This document shows, piece after piece, positions 57,741 to 64,000 of a stretch of 64,000 nt of DNA. Location: positions 2,729,574-2,793,573 of the forward strand of contig JABFGK010000001.1 of assembly GCA_013112555.1 (NCBI GenBank), written 5' to 3'. A program made the position numbers and the translations under genes. Numbering within the stretch: position 1 is the stretch's first letter; each line of letters opens with the position of its first letter. Origin of the DNA: Planctomycetota bacterium (GTDB lineage: Bacteria; Planctomycetota; Phycisphaerae; Phycisphaerales; UBA5793). The notes beneath the pieces are model-generated. The model searched no databases. It was not told where the DNA came from and was given only the letters and a program-made list of their open reading frames with translations.

Positions 57741-58624
57741 CTACTTGTTGTCCCGGGCCGCCTTGTGGGTAATGGTCGCCTGCTCCAGGGCGGTGCGGAA
57801 GGTGACACCCAGCCCGTAGATGGTCAGATCATCCACGATATTCTCGATCAGTTCATCGCCCTCGAACAACAAGCGGGCATCGCCGCCGGTTGCGATAATG
57901 CGCGGGTAGGCCCCATACTCTTCGGAATAGCGTTCGATGAGGTAGCGGGCCATCCCCTGGATGCCGAAACACACGCCGCGGAGCATGGCTTCGGCCGTGT
58001 TTGACCCCCAGGACTGCGGGCCCGGGCGTCGCAGTTCAATATCGGGCAAGAGTGCACCATGTTGGTGCATGGCCGCCAGTTGCGCCCGAGCCCCCGGCGC
58101 GATTGCCCCGCCGTGGAATGTCCCTTCGCCATCGATGAAATCGACGGTCACGGCCGTCCCGGCATCGATGACGATGCATGCCTGCTTCACGGAGTCGAAT
58201 GCAGCCGCAGCATTGAGCAGCCGATCCATGCCGACCACGGCTTCCGGGTCGAGGCAGCGTCCGATCGGGATCGGCGCTCGCGCTCGGCCCAGAGGACCTG
58301 ACATCCATCCTTATCACTCAGTGCGTCATAGAGCGGGCGGGCCACCGGCTCGCGGACCGAGGCCAGCAATACCACCGGCTGCTGTTCGCTGGCACAATTC
58401 TCGATCAGGACATCGAGTTCGCCACAAACGGCGTTGGTGACATCATCGCCGGGTTTCGTGGCCTGGTGGGCGACTCGCTGCACGGTGCAGACCTTCCCGG
58501 CTTCGATGCGGGCCACGGCGACGCGACTGTTGCCGACGCTCACTGCCAGCAGAGGGCGTTGTGGCATAACCGGCAGTTCCATAAGCACAAACCTGCTTCC
58601 ATTGGCGATGGACCATCGCCTCAT
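57741..58624 (-). pseudogene. coaX: Type III pantothenate kinase (CoaX) split across two overlapping frames (apparent frameshift near 58270-58300)
   Basis: Upstream frame (58187-58624): MELPVMPQRPLLAVSVGNSRVAVARIE... is the CoaX N-terminus (the LxxDxGNT-like motif). Downstream frame (57741-58304): ...PIPIGRCLDPEAVVGMDRLLNAAAAF...IVIDAGTAVTVD...IATGGDA... is the CoaX middle and C-terminus (the GxDR..NAxAA motif, DAGTA, and the ATGG-type motif). The switch lies in a GAGCGCGAGCGC tract. Confidence 0.7.
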
Positions 58625-58712
58625 AGTACGAAATCAAACAACACGACGACCCCCACCACCACATTATAGAAGGGCGATTCGGGCTGGTTTGCATGACGGT
58701 CGGGAGCCGGAT

Positions 58713-59579
58713 TCACGTCGTGGCGGCTGATGCCGATGTGTCGTTGATCACCACACGGAGCAATGCATCGTACAAGCGTCGGCACACCGGGCCGACTCGG
58801 CCGTCACCGATCTGAATGCCGTCCACGGCTGTGACGGCCACCATGAGACGGGTGGTGCTCGTCAGCATGACCTCTTGAGCGGACATGAGGGCATCAATCG
58901 GCACCGGGCGGACCTGGACGTCGACGTCGGCCCCGATGAGCATCTTCCGCGTGATGCCGTGGAGAATGGGATTGCCTTCGTCGGTCGGGGGCGTGATGAC
59001 GGTGCCGGCCTCGTTGACGATCCAGACATTGGTGGTGCTGCCTTCGGTGACGAAGCCGTCACGGTGCAGGATCGCCTCGGCTGCGTCGTATTTGGCAGCC
59101 TCCATCTTGGCCAGCACGCTGCCCATCAGGTTCAGACTCTTGATATCGCAACGGGCCCAGCGGACGTCCGGGTACAGCCGGGCTTCGACGGCCTGTGGGT
59201 TCTGCGATTCCGACAGCGGCGGCAGTTGCCAGCAGAAGCCGAAAACGGTCGGCGTGAGGCCGGTCACGGCTGGGACATGGGACCGGATCGGCTCGGTTCC
59301 TCGGGTGACATGCCAGTAGGTGGCCGCGTCTTTGAGCCGGTTGTGGGTCAGCAGCGTCGAGCCCAGCGGCCCGATGTCGGGAGCATCGAATCCCCGGATT
59401 TCGAGTTGATCCAGGCCCCATCGAAGGCGCTCGACGTGGCCGTCGAGATCGACCGGTCGGCCGTCGAAGTAGCGGACCACTTCGTAGACCCCGTCGCCGA
59501 ACAGGAAACCGCGGTCCATGGCCGGGACCATCGCTGTGGCAGAATCGACAAACGAGCCATTGAGATACACTTGCATCAT
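58713..59579 (-). CDS. Class IV (fold type IV) aminotransferase: D-amino-acid / branched-chain aminotransferase family
   Basis: MMQVYLNGSFVDSATAMVPAMDRGFLFGDGVYEVVRYFDG..., a catalytic Lys region (RCDIKSLNL) and the E..GSTTNVWIV motif are present. Confidence 0.8.
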   Translation of the reverse strand: MMQVYLNGSFVDSATAMVPAMDRGFLFGDGVYEVVRYFDGRPVDLDGHVERLRWGLDQLEIRGFDAPDIGPLGSTLLTHNRLKDAATYWHVTRGTEPIRSHVPAVTGLTPTVFGFCWQLPPLSESQNPQAVEARLYPDVRWARCDIKSLNLMGSVLAKMEAAKYDAAEAILHRDGFVTEGSTTNVWIVNEAGTVITPPTDEGNPILHGITRKMLIGADVDVQVRPVPIDALMSAQEVMLTSTTRLMVAVTAVDGIQIGDGRVGPVCRRLYDALLRVVINDTSASAATT

Positions 59580-59644
59580 CCGGTCTTCCCAACCTCCCCA
59601 AACCCGGGCGCCCGGCCCCGGCCACGAGCGATGAATCGGCTACG

Positions 59645-60541
59645 ATGGAGCATATGAGCAACGAACACGGCAGAATAATCGACGGCAAAGCCCTTGCCAA
59701 TGGTTTTCGGCAGGACATCGCTGACCGGATCAAAAAGCTGGAGACGCGCGGCCGGCGGGTATCGCTTGATGCCGTGCTCGCTGAGCCTGAGTCCGAGCGC
59801 CAGCGGAGTTCAGCCCACATCTATGCCAGCAACCAGAAACGGATGTGCGAGGAACTCGGGATCGAGTATCACCTGCACCTGCTGCCGGCCGGGGCCACCT
59901 ATGAGGACATTGCCGGCCGCCTGCTGTTGCTGGGGAAGGATGAGAATGTCACGGCCATCATGCTGCACCTGCCGGTCCCCGAGGGGATCGACACCTACCG
60001 CCTCCAGAGCATGATCGAGCCGTCAAAGGATGTCGAGGGGGTCAACCCGGCCAACATCGGCAACATCGTGTACGGCCGATCGTCGCTTGTCCCCTGCACG
60101 GCGTTGGCTGTGTTGAAGATGATCGAATCAACGGGCGTCGAGATTCAAGGTTCGCGCACGGTATGCATCGGCGCGAGTGATATTGTCGGCAAGCCGGTAG
60201 CGGTGCTCATGATGCAGCGTGAGGCGACGGTCATCAGTTGTAATGTGTACACGCAGGGGATCAAGGAGTTGGCTCGGTCTGCTGACATTCTGATTGTGGC
60301 CGTCGGCAAGCCGGACCTGGTATCTGCAGACATGGTCAAGCCGGGTGCGGTCGTGGTTGATGTCGGCGTGAACCGGATCGTTGATCAGGTGTCGGGGAAG
60401 AGGAAGACGGTCGGGGACGTGACGTTTGATGCTGTGCGCGAGGTGGCCGGCTGGATTTCGCCGGTTCCGGGCGGCGTGGGGCCGGTGACGGTGACGATGT
60501 TACTTCGGAATACGGTGGAAGCGGCCGCGATGCACCCGTGA
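59645..60541 (+). CDS. folD: Bifunctional methylenetetrahydrofolate dehydrogenase / methenyl-THF cyclohydrolase
   Basis: IIDGKALA...AHIYASNQKRMCEELGIEYHLHLLP...PVPEGID...DVEGVNPANIG...CTALAVLKMIE...VCIGASDIVGKPVAVLMM...ADILIVAVGKPDLV...VVDVGVNR. Confidence 0.9.
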   Translation: MEHMSNEHGRIIDGKALANGFRQDIADRIKKLETRGRRVSLDAVLAEPESERQRSSAHIYASNQKRMCEELGIEYHLHLLPAGATYEDIAGRLLLLGKDENVTAIMLHLPVPEGIDTYRLQSMIEPSKDVEGVNPANIGNIVYGRSSLVPCTALAVLKMIESTGVEIQGSRTVCIGASDIVGKPVAVLMMQREATVISCNVYTQGIKELARSADILIVAVGKPDLVSADMVKPGAVVVDVGVNRIVDQVSGKRKTVGDVTFDAVREVAGWISPVPGGVGPVTVTMLLRNTVEAAAMHP

Positions 60542-60544
60542 GGG

Positions 60545-61340
60545 GGGGGAGAGGTCTTTCCGTGCTCCCTTCCGGGGGTGGCGCTCGTCTACGACTCGCT
60601 TCACCCCCGGCTACAAACGCGCACCGCTTCGCGGTGAGGAAGCGCGCGGCTCGTCCGAGGGTAGGGGCACATTGCATGTGCCCCGTTGTGGATACAGGCC
60701 ATTTGTTACGCACTTCGTCCGCCCTCCGGGCGGTGGCGTAGATGGGGTGCCCATACCGGCGGCTGAAGCCGCCGGCTACGTTCGTGCGCCCTGACGGGCG
60801 GGGAAGTGGAGGAGGCCCGCTCCCTCACGGTCGCGGCTTGTCGGAGTGTGTTACGACCACCCCTTCGGGGTGAGGAGAGGTTTTTGTGTGCGATCCCTTC
60901 CGGGGGTGGCGCTCGTCTCCATACGATCACCGCTTCGCGGTGAGGAAGCGCGCGGCTCGTCCGAGGGTAGGGGCACATTGCATGTGCCCCGTTGTGGGTA
61001 CAGACCATTTGTTACGCACTTCGTCCGCCCTCCGGGCGGTGGCGTAGATGGGGTGCCCATACCGGCGGCTGAAGCCGCCGGCTACGTTCGTGCGCCCTGA
61101 CGGGCGGGGGAGTGGAGGAGATGGATTCCCGCGTGCGCGGGAATGACGAGTGAGGAGAGGAGCCCGCTCCCTCACGGTCGCGGCTTGTCGGAGTGTGTTA
61201 CGACCACCCCTTCGGGGTGAGGAGAGGTTTTTGTGTGCGATCCCTTCCGGGGGTGGCGCTCGTCTACGACTCGCTTCACCCCCGGCTACACACGATCACC
61301 GCTTCGCGGTGAGGAAGCGCCCGGCTTTTTATCTGACCTG
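60545..61340. repeat. Array of composite palindromic intergenic repeats between folD and eno: two ~310-bp units plus a leading partial unit
   Basis: Units near 60655-60964 and 60965-61275 share GTAGGGGCACATTGCATGTGCCCCGTTGTGG, CCGCCCTCCGGGCGG, CCGGCGGCTGAAGCCGCCGG, TCCGGGGGTGGCGCTCGTCT(A/C)C...CACCCCCGG and ACCGCTTCGCGGTGAGGAAGCGC modules. The same modules occur at 26.69-27.27 kb, and REP-type modules at 46.77-47.23 kb. Confidence 0.85.
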
Positions 61341-61423
61341 CCCTTCGTGCCATACTCCTTCTGATGTCAGGGGAGTAAAGTACCGACACACAATCAGATG
61401 GACGAACGACTGACCTCTCATAG

Positions 61424-62764
<1,341 letters not shown>

Positions 62765-62817
62765 CAGCCGGCCACGGCCACGGCCACGGGTCTGGTTGGT
62801 ATATCCCGATTGACAAT

Positions 62818-62868
62818 TGAAACGGGCACACTGCCTTGCAAGAGACGGTGTGCCCGTTTGTGTTTTTC
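62818..62868 (+). terminator. Rho-independent terminator after eno (possibly bidirectional with secY)
   Basis: AAACGGGCACAC-TGCCTTGCAAGAGAC-GGTGTGCCCGTTT hairpin followed by GTGTTTTTC. Preceded by a (GGCCAC)3 short tandem repeat at about 62770-62790. Confidence 0.55.
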
Positions 62869-62891
62869 AGGTGTCGGTGTGTGACACGCGG

Positions 62892-64000
62892 TCAGCGTTT
62901 GGAGCTCTTGATCCGATCCGTGCCGCCGGCGCCTCCCGTGATGCCGGCATAGTTCCGCATCAGCAGGTTTGCCTCGATTCGCTGGACGAAGTCGAGCCCG
63001 ACGCTGACGACGATGAGCAGGCCGGTGCCGCCGAGGAATGACGACACCATGAACGGGATGCCCATGCTGTTGGCGACCAGGGTCGGGATGATGGCAATGA
63101 TGGCGAGGAAGCCGCCGCCGACATAGGTCACGCGCTCCATGACGGTTTCCAGGTATTCAGCGGTACGCGGGCCCGGTCGGAGCCCGGGGATGAAACTCCC
63201 GTGATCGCGCAACTGTTCGCTCATCTCCTTCGGGTTGAACTGGACAGTGGTCCAGAAGTAACTGAAGAAGTAGATCAGCAGAATCTCCAGCACGACATAT
63301 GGATACGCTCCGAAGGCGAAGCTGTTATTCATGAAGTCGGCAATGCGCGCCAGCATACTGCTTTGTCCCGCATTCTGTGCCCAGCTGTTGAAGGCACCGA
63401 AGGCGATCGACGGGAAGATCATCAGCGATTGCGCGAAGATGATCGGCATGACGCCGCCGTGATTGACGCGGAGCGGCAGGTAGGCACGTTGCCCGCCGTA
63501 GACCTTTCGGCCACGGGTATGTCGGGCCTGCTGGATCGGGATTCGGCGTTGGGCCACCGTAATCACGACCGCCCCGGCCACCACGAAGACGAAGGCAGCG
63601 ACCAGGAACAGAATGTGCATCGGCCCCCACTGGGCGCTCGATGAGGCCGACAGGCCGGTGTTCTTGGCCACCATGATGATCGCACTGGGCATCCGTGACA
63701 GGATACCGGCGGTGATGATCAGCGAGACGCCGTTGCCGAGCCCGTAGCGGTCGATCTGTTCGCCGAGCCACATCAGGAAGATGGTGCCGGAGGTCAGAGC
63801 GAGCACACCCTGCAGTTTGAAGACGAGCATGGCACTGGTGTTGTTGGCGATGCTCGGGTAGATCAGATCATTGGTCTGGAGCACGGTCAGCCAGGCCAGT
63901 GCCTGGAAGGCACACAGGCCGACGGTCGCATACCGGGTCCATTCCTGGATCTTCTGACGTCCGGTGGCCCCTTCCTTCTGCAGATCAGACAGCGTTTTGC
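62892..64000 (-). CDS. secY: Preprotein translocase subunit SecY (5' end beyond the window)
   Basis: ...QKIQEWTRYATVGLCAFQALAWLTVLQTNDLI...LMWLGEQIDRYGLGNGVSLIITAGI...GGVMPIIFAQSLMIFP...RPGPRTAEYL...GGTGLLIVVSVGLDFVQRIEANLLMRNY. The open frame continues without a stop to position 64000. Confidence 0.9.
   Translation of the reverse strand, partial: KTLSDLQKEGATGRQKIQEWTRYATVGLCAFQALAWLTVLQTNDLIYPSIANNTSAMLVFKLQGVLALTSGTIFLMWLGEQIDRYGLGNGVSLIITAGILSRMPSAIIMVAKNTGLSASSSAQWGPMHILFLVAAFVFVVAGAVVITVAQRRIPIQQARHTRGRKVYGGQRAYLPLRVNHGGVMPIIFAQSLMIFPSIAFGAFNSWAQNAGQSSMLARIADFMNNSFAFGAYPYVVLEILLIYFFSYFWTTVQFNPKEMSEQLRDHGSFIPGLRPGPRTAEYLETVMERVTYVGGGFLAIIAIIPTLVANSMGIPFMVSSFLGGTGLLIVVSVGLDFVQRIEANLLMRNYAGITGGAGGTDRIKSSKR

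Overview
This is a high-GC (about 64-65%) bacterial chromosomal segment, densely coded on both strands, that mixes housekeeping genes with an accessory-like set. Housekeeping genes recognised from the translated ORFs: uvrA, recN, pheT, the rplM-rpsI operon, folD, eno, a partial secY, coaX, a class IV aminotransferase, an RluD-type pseudouridine synthase, gmhB-like, phhA, an SDR, and a NuoI-like ferredoxin. The accessory-like content is: (i) two paralogous ~13-heme c-type cytochromes (9070-11118 minus; 44732-46687 plus), each encoded next to a secreted beta-propeller protein (SBBP-type and NHL-type respectively); (ii) a 2053-aa giant multi-domain cytochrome c (8 CXXCH sites, acidic DPYG repeats, C-terminal beta-sandwich domain) downstream of an ECF sigma/anti-sigma pair; (iii) a 1190-aa secretin with a TPR/coiled-coil N-terminus; (iv) a fusion of an alpha/beta-hydrolase (GHSLGS) to a caspase-like peptidase C14 domain, carrying a lysine-rich tail; (v) a STAS/RsbW-like partner-switching pair; (vi) flotillin and split NfeD genes; (vii) a tandem YbjQ-family pair plus a PrsW-like membrane protease; (viii) a Cys-rich repetitive lipoprotein. 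Three DNA-associated proteins (UvrA N-terminus, RecN C-terminus, the hydrolase-caspase C-terminus) carry similar Lys/Pro/Ala-rich histone-H1-like tails. The intergenic space holds a modular family of highly palindromic repeats (REP/BIME-like) in tandem arrays at 26.69-27.27 kb, 46.77-47.23 kb and 60.55-61.34 kb, and one array flanks an IS200-like REP-associated tyrosine transposase (RAYT) gene that appears frameshifted. Several other genes (coaX, possibly NfeD, a small zinc-ribbon membrane protein) also show apparent frameshifts, which may be genuine pseudogenisation or assembly indel errors. No rRNA, CRISPR array or confident tRNA was recognised. Ribosomal-protein extensions, the secretin and the cytochrome content are reminiscent of Planctomycetota-like lineages, but taxonomy cannot be assigned from sequence alone.
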